Shown piece by piece: positions 28,157 through 36,800 of a stretch of DNA of 64,000 bases. This DNA is from Verrucomicrobiota bacterium (GTDB lineage: Bacteria > Verrucomicrobiota > Verrucomicrobiia > Opitutales > Seribacteraceae), in assembly GCA_027622665.1 (NCBI GenBank), contig JAQBYT010000009.1:32001-96000 (forward strand), read 5' to 3'. Both the position numbers and the translations under genes were made by a program. Position 1 is the stretch's first letter, and each line of letters opens with the position of its first letter. The notes under the pieces are model-generated. The model did not search any database. It was given only the letters and a program-made list of their open reading frames with translations, and was not told the origin of the DNA.

Positions 28157-30901
28157 CTACTTCTTTTTGCCTTTCCTTTCTTCTTCGGGGCCCGGACGAA
28201 TATCCTCTGTGATTTCCAGGGCTTTCGGGTCGATCTTGAGTACGTACATGCGCTGACCGTTGTCGACGGACCAGATCACATCACGCTTGGGGTCACGCAT
28301 CATGGCGATACCGACCCCTCCGAGTCCTTTCTGACTCTTGGGGATGTTCAACGTTACCCACCGGTTGCCGGCCGGGTCATACGCGACCTGCTTGTTGTTG
28401 TTGAAGATGTTGAAGAGAACGAGGTCAAGCTTGGGCACATACAATGATTCGCGAATGCGTGTCATCCATTTCGCGCTTTCTATGTTCTTGGGATTCGCTT
28501 TGCTCAGCGCCCTGGCGGTCATGTCGTATTTCCACATTTGTCCTGTCCCCTGACTGAAGGTCTTGGTAGAACCCATCCAGATACAGTTGCGTTTGGAATC
28601 GTAAGCCATGCTGTTGCAGTCTCCGTGGACGGTGTTGGGCAGGATTCCTTCCCAGGGCAGCTTTGTCCAGGTTCTCTTCTCAACATCCAGGATTCCAAGA
28701 TAGCCTCGGTCCCAGGCGACCACGCCGTCCCGCGTGCCAACGGCCTTGGTGTAGTATTGCGCGAAGTTGAAGGGAAGCGGCAGGTGTGCTTCGAAATCTC
28801 TGCGGTCAGGGTTGTAGATCGAGGTGCCCCCTGAAGACAGGCAGACCATCTTGTCGGTCTTCAGGTCGAAGGCATAATTGAGATACGTATGATTGCCGCA
28901 ATCCGGCCGGCCGTTGAAGCTGATTCCCTTGGACGAGCCTTTTCCGCCGCCGCCCATATATTCGCCGACAAAGGGGATACTCCAGCGGTTGATGCCTGGA
29001 TGATAGGTGCTGACGATCGTCGCGGGATCGGCCATGTGCCCGCCGGTCCAGTGGTAGAACTGATCACGCTTAGCATCAAAAAGGGCGGTGCCCCAGTCAC
29101 GCTGAGGACAGGGACGCGGCGCCCTGGGCACGGGCGTCCACGCATTGGCCTGAAGCCCGGCAAGAAAGGCGGCAGGTTTTTTGTGATCGCCGCGCGGCGC
29201 GGCATCGTACCAGGCAGGATTGTACTCTTTGACGATACTCAAGTAGAGGCGGGCGTTGCCAGGTACACCGAGTTTGGCGGTCAGGGCGTCATCGTTGGAG
29301 CCGAGTTTCAGCATCCAGGTGTTTCCGGCCTGGCCCTTGCGGTAGCCATAGCTCTTATAGGCCAGGCCAAGAATCACATCGCCGGTCCCTGCGGTGAAGT
29401 TACACTTCAGGCCGGCTTTCCTGGCCTTCTTGTCGTCGATATCAAAGGTGATCTCTGCCACAGCGGACCATTTTCCACTGGCCGTGTCCAAGGTCCAGCA
29501 GTCATTCAGCGTGGCGTAGCTGCGGTTGTGGTAAGTGAAGCGCGTGACATACGTTCCGCCGCCCATAAGGCATAAGGCCTTTCGACTGGGAAGCCAGAAC
29601 ATGGACGCACCCGCACGGGGCGGGGGAGCTTTGTCCGGAAAGAGCCGCCGCCATGATTTTTTAACGCAGTCATACGCCCACGTATCGGAGTAGAGGAAGT
29701 CTCCGTGCTCCCCGCCGAAGAGCATGACGCTTTGGTTCAAGACATCGTAGGCGGTGCTTGCATATTTGCGCGGGCCGGGGGTGCTACGAAGATAATCGGC
29801 AGCCTCATCGATCTGCCAGGCGGCATCAAACGCGGCTTTGAGTGTTTCGGCCGTCACCGTCCCCGAGGCCCAGTCCTTTGCGGCGACCGTTGCTTTTTCA
29901 AGGGCGGTATCGAGGCCTTGAGCGGCATGACTCAGCGCGTCTTTTTCCCATCCCTGTCCCTTGGCAGCGTTGACTTCTGCGAGAAGCGCTGCGACCAACG
30001 TGACGGCTTGAGCGGCGGTCTGTGCGGGCAGTCCTTGCATCAGCTTGGATTCTTCAGTTGCGGGCAATGATTTGTAGAAGACATTCCGGGCATAGGCCAT
30101 GGCGTCGCGCATAGCGGTCTTTGCGGTGACTGCTTTCTCGAATAGTGGGTCGAGGACTCCTGAGGAGACGGTCAGTTGGGTCCATTCTCCCGATTCAGGA
30201 GAGAGAGACCAGTCACCGACGGTGCCCTTGGGTGCACCGGGACAATGTCCGCCGAGAAAGAGCATCTGTTTGTTGATGGGGTCGAAGGCAATCGATGTTC
30301 CGCCCAGCTTTACCTTTCCGTACACGCTGGTCGTATCAACAGGCGGGGGGGTGTCGCCCAGGTACTTCCATGCGCGGGAGGCGACATCGTAACTGAAGAG
30401 CGGCAGGCGCTTTCCTTCCAGTTCGTTATGCCCATGGTGGGTCGTGAGGATGATGTAGACCTTCTCCGCGAGCGGATCAAAAGCAAAGCAATCCGATACG
30501 GCCGTAACAGGCTCCAGGCGGCGATTCTTCTCGGTATCCATGGAGCAGATATAGCTAAATTGATCGCCTACACTTTTGAACTTCGGGGCTTTCGAAGGCC
30601 CGTCTTTGGTTCCCCATAGGCCTTCCTTGCCCTCCGGAAAGTAGTTCTTCCATGCCTTATCGCCGGGAGCAAAGGTCTGTATTTCGAAGGGTGCTCCGCC
30701 GGCATCCTGAAAGCCGCCGCGCAGCCCGCAAATGACCATGAACTTGTTCTGCTTCTCGAGCCAGATGACCGCCGCGTTCTCGCGGGCGCCAAGATCCTGT
30801 TTTGTCACAGGAGTCCACGTGTTCACCTCCAGCGTAGTTTCAGCGGTGAGTGTTGCGGCAGAAATGGCAAGTACTGCTATGGTGAGGACGATTCGCTTCA
30901 T
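28157..30901 (-). CDS. Large secreted Kelch-like multi-propeller protein (island cargo)
   Basis: Signal peptide; Kelch-like repeats (MLFLGG...W, VMLFGG..DTWAYD..W, LMGG..DCWTLD..W) with a central Ala-rich helical insert. Confidence 0.8.
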   Translation of the reverse strand: MKRIVLTIAVLAISAATLTAETTLEVNTWTPVTKQDLGARENAAVIWLEKQNKFMVICGLRGGFQDAGGAPFEIQTFAPGDKAWKNYFPEGKEGLWGTKDGPSKAPKFKSVGDQFSYICSMDTEKNRRLEPVTAVSDCFAFDPLAEKVYIILTTHHGHNELEGKRLPLFSYDVASRAWKYLGDTPPPVDTTSVYGKVKLGGTSIAFDPINKQMLFLGGHCPGAPKGTVGDWSLSPESGEWTQLTVSSGVLDPLFEKAVTAKTAMRDAMAYARNVFYKSLPATEESKLMQGLPAQTAAQAVTLVAALLAEVNAAKGQGWEKDALSHAAQGLDTALEKATVAAKDWASGTVTAETLKAAFDAAWQIDEAADYLRSTPGPRKYASTAYDVLNQSVMLFGGEHGDFLYSDTWAYDCVKKSWRRLFPDKAPPPRAGASMFWLPSRKALCLMGGGTYVTRFTYHNRSYATLNDCWTLDTASGKWSAVAEITFDIDDKKARKAGLKCNFTAGTGDVILGLAYKSYGYRKGQAGNTWMLKLGSNDDALTAKLGVPGNARLYLSIVKEYNPAWYDAAPRGDHKKPAAFLAGLQANAWTPVPRAPRPCPQRDWGTALFDAKRDQFYHWTGGHMADPATIVSTYHPGINRWSIPFVGEYMGGGGKGSSKGISFNGRPDCGNHTYLNYAFDLKTDKMVCLSSGGTSIYNPDRRDFEAHLPLPFNFAQYYTKAVGTRDGVVAWDRGYLGILDVEKRTWTKLPWEGILPNTVHGDCNSMAYDSKRNCIWMGSTKTFSQGTGQMWKYDMTARALSKANPKNIESAKWMTRIRESLYVPKLDLVLFNIFNNNKQVAYDPAGNRWVTLNIPKSQKGLGGVGIAMMRDPKRDVIWSVDNGQRMYVLKIDPKALEITEDIRPGPEEERKGKKK

Positions 30902-31470
30902 CTGCGTGTGTTCATTCTTGCGTTCTATGTTTGATCGTGAAATCTCAATTTAGTTTCGATATTGACCGATCATGTCGCCTATGATCGCAGGAACAACAAG
31001 ATGTTGTCGAACCTCTTCGTTCGTATGTTGCAGCCGCCGAGCAGAGCGGAGCCTGCGCGGGGAGCGACTGGAGCCGAACGAAGCGCCGCTTTTTCGCTTA
31101 CGCCGGCAATGCCGCGAAGCAGGCTATGATCGGATAGTCGCCTGACCTCGACTTCCGGTTGGCCGGCGCATCCGCACCGAGCGAAAAGCCGTCACACGAT
31201 GTTACGCCTAAGAAGGATTCCCCGTGAGGGTTGGGAATGTTTCGGGGTGGGGTGGGGCGACTTTAGATATTACCCGATAAATCGCCATCTTAGGTAGCGA
31301 TTAGTCCTGCATTGTCCTGCCAAAATATGGCTGTCCTGCCAAGAATAATGCCGTTTATTGCCATTTGAAGTATTTCATAATGACTGAATTAGAATGTTAT
31401 AAACCACTGCATAGCAAAGTTTATCGCGTGAATAGTGGCTTATTTGTCCGAAGCGGCGGAAATTGATTCA

Positions 31471-31506
31471 ACGGGTTCGAATCCCGTTCTCTCCGCCATT
31501 TTAAGT
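31471..31506 (+). repeat. attR-like 36 bp direct repeat (displaced tRNA-Ser 3' end)
   Basis: Identical to 27510-27545; the 5' part of the tRNA is absent. Confidence 0.95.
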
Positions 31507-31520
31507 TGAGACCCTTCAAC

Positions 31521-32084
31521 CTAGAGTGGGATGGGTTTATCTATACGGATTCCCCCTTTTTTATCCATGGGTAGGACCTTACAGGTTTTGCAGCGCTCGG
31601 GGCCGGTAATGAAGCGTTTTGCATTACCTTCCGAGTCTGTTTTTCGCAATAGACCCGCTCGTGAGGAAATTTCGATGCACTCGATAAGGTCTTTGCCGTT
31701 GTATCCGTGTTCGTGAGACGTAGTGAGAAGACCGTCGGGGTGGAGAAAGTTTACTATCAGACCGTACCTTAAATGATCGACGTAAACCTTGCAGATAACG
31801 TCGCCGATACGGAACGAGCGTTTTTTTTCGAACTTTGATTTGTCAAGGAGCTTGCACCGATTTTCGGTTAGTCGGAATCGCTTGTAATGAGCGAAGTCTC
31901 CGCGTCGGATTGGTTCCAGGTTATGCGGATTGAGCTGAATGAGCTCGAAGGAACGTCTGCGACCTTCCCTAATTAAGATTATCTCCCCAATTCGTACTCG
32001 ACCGTTTGCGGGAGCGATTTCCTCTACGATTTCGCCTACCGAAAGTACAGTTTTTTTCTTGAGGCGTTTGGGGATTGAAACCAT
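31521..32084 (-). CDS. Basic hypothetical protein with two internal repeats
   Basis: 187 aa ORF with an AT-rich upstream region; repeat pattern GE/DI...R.G.I...E.I...KRF...RCK occurs twice. Confidence 0.7.
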   Translation of the reverse strand: MVSIPKRLKKKTVLSVGEIVEEIAPANGRVRIGEIILIREGRRRSFELIQLNPHNLEPIRRGDFAHYKRFRLTENRCKLLDKSKFEKKRSFRIGDVICKVYVDHLRYGLIVNFLHPDGLLTTSHEHGYNGKDLIECIEISSRAGLLRKTDSEGNAKRFITGPERCKTCKVLPMDKKGGIRIDKPIPL

Positions 32085-32192
32085 TATTATTCATACATTT
32101 ATATCACCGGAAAGTCAACTCGGGCAGACTTTGAAATGAGGCTCGCAATGGCTGTTGAAAGTTATATTGTATTGTATATATTCTTTTGTCTG

Positions 32193-32654
32193 ATGAATCC
32201 CGCCTTAAAGATACCTTTTTTTTGTCTCTTGGTTTGCAGTGTTTTGTTCGGATGCAACGGCAACCGGTTTTCTTCCGGAAATGAGGACCGGGAGTCCGCT
32301 CCTTTGATGGATGGCGAAAGTCCTTCTAAATCCGGACCTGTCTTGAGAAAGGGAAATTTGGATTTTTTTGTTTTGGGTAGGAATCGATTGGAAATCGAAA
32401 CTTTGTTAGGAGTTCCCTATGAAAAGGACTCCGAGGATGGCAACTTGGTGGTTTGGAGGTATCGTCGGGCCGTGTTCGACGAAGCGACAAGCATTACCTA
32501 TGGTTGGAGCCGCCTAACTTTGCAGTTTGCCCGTGGCCTTTGCTCGAAGGTTTCCGTGGATTTGGAGCATCCTCTCATTCCGGTTGACGAGAATACTGAG
32601 GTGAATCGCAGTTCGGGTTCTCCAGGTTCACCTCTTTTCCGCAAGTTTCAGTAG
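32193..32654 (+). CDS. Lipoprotein, SmpA/OmlA (BamE)-like
   Basis: Lipobox LFGC; GRNRLEIETLLGVP...WRY...LQF pattern. Confidence 0.6.
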   Translation: MNPALKIPFFCLLVCSVLFGCNGNRFSSGNEDRESAPLMDGESPSKSGPVLRKGNLDFFVLGRNRLEIETLLGVPYEKDSEDGNLVVWRYRRAVFDEATSITYGWSRLTLQFARGLCSKVSVDLEHPLIPVDENTEVNRSSGSPGSPLFRKFQ

Positions 32655-32886
32655 ATTCTGCCAAGATCTGCCTTTCTTGTCTGAATTCCCGTATCTACTT
32701 CGAGGCAAGTGTATTGCTTTGCAATGACTTGTGTGTGTTTTCCAAAGAAAACGCCAGGAGTAAAATCCTGGCGCTTTCTGGCTTAGAAAAACAAACTAGA
32801 CTGAAACAAACTGACTTTCGTCATTACTACAGACGGGGGGGGGAGCTATTCGTTCAAAAAAAAATCAAAAATCTTAAGTGGAGCAT

Positions 32887-33330
32887 TTATGGAAGGCGCA
32901 GAATAGCGATACCTTCGTTTTCCGAAGGTTCCTTGAGAGAGCGACCCTCATGATCCAACACTCTAAGGGCTTTGCCGTTTGATGAAGTGATGGAGATGGA
33001 TCCTTGCTTGGCAACCGGTAGACGTTCTCCTTTGCGCAAGTTTTGCCATTGTAATTCCACTCCTTGGGCATTCTGTACCAATATCCACACGTCTCCAAGA
33101 GCTTCAAGGGTAACTACACTCTTTTTCTCGGAACTTTGGGTTGTTCCGGGCACCGGTGCTTGTGTTCTTGGCGGAAACTGGTTGCTTGTGGGTGAAAACA
33201 AATTGGGATGAGGGGGCGGAGCGTCCGGCGGGGGGGCGGTAGGTCCACCGCAAGAGGCAGAAAATAAAACCAACAAACCGAACAGAGGTAGATTTATTTT
33301 CCAGAAAATATGATAGGATGATCGATTCAT
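32887..33330 (-). CDS. Lipoprotein with Pro-rich linker and DUF4115 (RodZ C-terminal)-like domain
   Basis: Lipobox SASC; LEALGDVWILV...LRKGE...SNGKALRV. Confidence 0.6.
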   Translation of the reverse strand: MNRSSYHIFWKINLPLFGLLVLFSASCGGPTAPPPDAPPPHPNLFSPTSNQFPPRTQAPVPGTTQSSEKKSVVTLEALGDVWILVQNAQGVELQWQNLRKGERLPVAKQGSISITSSNGKALRVLDHEGRSLKEPSENEGIAILRLP

Positions 33331-33530
33331 ATTTATGGAGAGTGATTTGTTCTTGTTGAAGGCAAAATAATAATGGTCGATCGCAAATTGTTTATAAAGA
33401 GCGTTTAAGTAGGCTCAACAACAAAATGATGAGGCTTTTCCGGATGTTTGTGCAAAATGGAAACCGGAACCGTTTCCGTACGCCGAATCGTTAATTTGAA
33501 AAACAAGTAGCTGACCAGTGGGTCAAGTGA

Positions 33531-33782
33531 CTAGTCGGAAGCTTCTGGTACGGTAACTGACTGCGGAATATTCGTCCAGTCTTCCGACCATCGATTCCAT
33601 TCTGAAAAATCTAAAACTTCGGGTATGGGCTGAAGGTTCCGACAAGAATACGCGAACATTTCCAAGGCTTGTTCCCTGGAGGTGGCCATGAAATATTTGA
33701 CTACAGGCGTGATGCTTCCATCAGTCTGGTATGAGATTCGGTATTGAATGGGATCGGGCTCTGCCTGACGTTTCTTCTTCAT
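33531..33782 (-). CDS. Small hypothetical protein
   Basis: 83 aa ORF with ATG start, flanked by AT-rich non-coding DNA. Confidence 0.6.
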   Translation of the reverse strand: MKKKRQAEPDPIQYRISYQTDGSITPVVKYFMATSREQALEMFAYSCRNLQPIPEVLDFSEWNRWSEDWTNIPQSVTVPEASD

Positions 33783-33878
33783 GCCTGAAATTTGGTTTAG
33801 TAAAAGCCAATATAAGTCAGCTATTATGCAAAATGCAACTCGGTGGGGATGAAAAATCGAAATTTATGTTCGCAGAGG

Positions 33879-36800
33879 TTAGCGAGGGGGCGAGGAGTTA
33901 AACCAAGAACGTATAAGATCGGCGTTAGGTAAAAGATCAGAATTGGCGCTATCGGATTGCGGGAAGGCGGGGTAGGCAAGAATTTGTCCGCTTGCTAAGC
34001 GACCTGTTGCGAATAACCCGTCGGGAGAGAAGGCGCATGCCTCGAAGGGTGCGGACAGCTTTTCGGCAAGATTGGCTTCTAGCTTCCCCGTTTCTGCACG
34101 CCATAGTCTCAATGCACCATCGGCAGTGGTTAGGATCCATGCATTATCCGGTGATTGCGAACAACCCCGAGGCAGGGTGTCTCCGTCCATTTTTTGTCCG
34201 TGTTTACGGAGAAAAGCTTCCAGTGTGGAGGGAAGGAGGGAGGGGGACGCGTTATACCGGGCAAGGTCGAAATAGTAATCCGGAGAGCTAGTCAGAGAAC
34301 CGTCTTTTGCAACAATTCTTATAGCTTCTGCTTGCGGAACGCTTCTAATGGAGCAAAGACCCTCTTGCGTAACAACCAGTATGCGGTTTCCTTCAGGAGA
34401 ATAATGTAAATCCGCTAATTCTTTTCCAGGAAGAGTAATCCTGTTGTAGCTGAGTCCGGTGGAAGTTTCGCAAAGAAGAATGCGACCGGATCGACAGGCG
34501 ACGGATATCCCTTTGCCATCGCGTGCGAAACGAGCGGTTACAACATCTTCCAGTTCTACCCTCAAGTGAAGAATAAAGGCACCGTCCGAACTGCTCCAAA
34601 GGGCGGGAGGAGCACCTGGCCCGGATGTGAGAACGCGGGTTCCGTCGGGAGAAAAATCGATATTGTCGAATCGCGCTGAATGTCCTTCAAGGAAGACGGG
34701 TTTACTTTCAGCTTCGCGTGTTCGAATTACGGCTTTACCCGCTAGTTCGCACGATGCCATAAGATTCTTTTTTGGGGAGAAAGCGACTGTGGTTACGGGA
34801 GATTTGTGATCCGAGAAGGAAGAAATCTTTTTGCCTTCCGCAAGGGAGACGAGGTGGGTGGATCCATCGCTGCAACCCGTGAAGAGCAGTTTGCCGTCGG
34901 GGGATGCCGCCAAAGCGGTTATCGCTGCTGGTAATCTTGGACCTACATTGCGTGGAGGTCTTCCCGCGAGATCGGAAAGATAGAGTTCACCCTTGGCATT
35001 TCCGGTTAAGATGAGATCCGTTTTCGGTACACTGACTGCGCACCCTCCGGGAAGCTTTTCGGGACTACCTAATAGAAACGAGCCTGCCGGAATCGGCATT
35101 AGACGAAGTCCGAGTTCCTGTACGAGGTGAGGTTTATCAACCAGCACCTTTGTTACATTCGCTTCCGGAGAGAGATCGGGGGCGAGGGCGACTCGAAAAC
35201 CTCGGTCGTCTCTCTTGACTCCGGGATCGTTTGCTCCGCGATAGGCCGACCGGCAACGGTTGAAGCCGACATTGAAAGAACCCCCGCGCAGGGAGCGCCA
35301 GCGTCCTTCGGTTATGAAGGGGTCCACTCCACCCGGTATTCGGCTCTTAAGCATATTTTGTTTGTTTAACTCGACATGATCGAGACACCATTCCCAGAGG
35401 TTGCCGTGCATGTCGTGAAGGCCGTACGCATTGGCATCTTTCTCTCCGCCGGCATGGGGAGCATTATTTGAATTTTCCGAAAACCAAGCGATTTGGGCAA
35501 GGTGTTCGGAATAGGCGGTGTCGTCGTTGGGTATGGACGTGATGGAAGATCCGGCAAAGGGACCGTTTATCCCCGCTCGGCAGGCGTACTCCCACTCGGC
35601 TTCAGTCGGGAGGCGGTATACGTACCCGTTTGCAGGAGGAAACTTTTTGTTGAGAAGCTTGCAGTATTCGGTGGCGTCGAACCAGGACGTCTTTTCGACG
35701 GGAAACTTTGGAGATTTCCGAGTGCTTGGGTTTTCTCCAACGAGTTTCTCGTATTGTTCTTGGGTTACTTCGAACTGTCCTAGCCAGAAATCCCGTGAAA
35801 TCGTGGTGAAGCGTTGTGTTTCGTTGGGGAAGCGGCCAAGTTCACCGTGCAGGCTTTCGCTCCCCTTTATTTTGCCCGAAGCGAGACGGGCGTGCCCATT
35901 CCACAGTCCAAAGGTGGCATCCTTGCCAACGGTCAGAATCGTTTCGGAATCTTCTGCGAAGCTGGCACCGGCGAGACCCGACTCGGGGTGGGGCGCAAAG
36001 CTGAGGATTTCTCTACTCGAAAGAGCTTTTGCGTGAAAAGCGAGGCGCCCCCATAACCATCCCCTCATGGCCGGGTCCGTTTTTTGTAGAATTTGATTGG
36101 CGGTTTCAAGGTTGCGGGCCTCGAGTGCCCTTCGAGCCAAACGCAGCTGGGCCAAGTATTTTTCAAGTTCGAGTAAATGTATGTTGCAGGCCAGTCTTCG
36201 GACGCGAGACATAGAGATTTCTACCAGTCCGAAATTTGGGTTTTCCCCTTTGGCCATACCGTTTCGAATGGCCGTAAGGTTTAGAGCTAGATTTCCTGAC
36301 GAGCCTGTTAGCCAAATACGTTCGGAGGCTGTCTTTGTGGTTAATCCGCCTTTTTGAGGGAAGTGTATGGAGCGAATTCTCTCCACGGGCGTATTAAAGA
36401 TCCCTCGCTTTGTTTTCATTTGGAGGTTTCCATCGACTAAATTGCCAATTTCGGATGCGGTGGAATCTCCGTTGACCAAATTTACGCGAGTAGTTGCTTT
36501 CTCTTCCGGGGAGGGTTCTTCGACGGGAGTATAGTCGCCTTCCCAACCGGAAATTGAGGTTTCATTTAGCCGAAGGAAGGAGCTGCCGCCTTGGTTATAG
36601 AAGGATACGGTGTTACCCATGGGAATGAATTCCTCATCTCCGTCTTTCCAACTGGCCATTTTCCGATCGTCTAGCCAAACGGCGAATTCCTTAGTCTTAC
36701 GATTTCCGTAAATGCGAAAGCGTGCCGATTTCAAGCTCAGTAAATCTTGAATGACGGCCGAACCAATGGTCTCCCGAGTGAGCTGCCCCTTTTTCCGCTT

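Larger units (their letters stand above)
27510..31506. mobile_element. ~4 kb genomic island integrated at tRNA-Ser, no integrase
   Basis: Perfect 36 bp direct repeats of the tRNA 3' end flank cargo and gene fragments. Confidence 0.85.

Noticed and set aside
31471..31498. Second tRNA gene
   Set aside because: Only the T-arm and 3' acceptor strand are present; it is the att duplication.
32786..32864. AAACAAACT(A)GAC doublet, G9 and A-run in an intergenic gap
   Set aside because: It lies between two 3' ends with no promoter or ORF to switch, and there are too few copies for an array.
27591..35846. Diversity-generating retroelement (FGE/CLec-fold domains plus a nearby fragment as template)
   Set aside because: No reverse transcriptase in the window. 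The fragment is not a near-identical adenine-variant copy of the 35 kb domain and does not match the C-terminal variable region.
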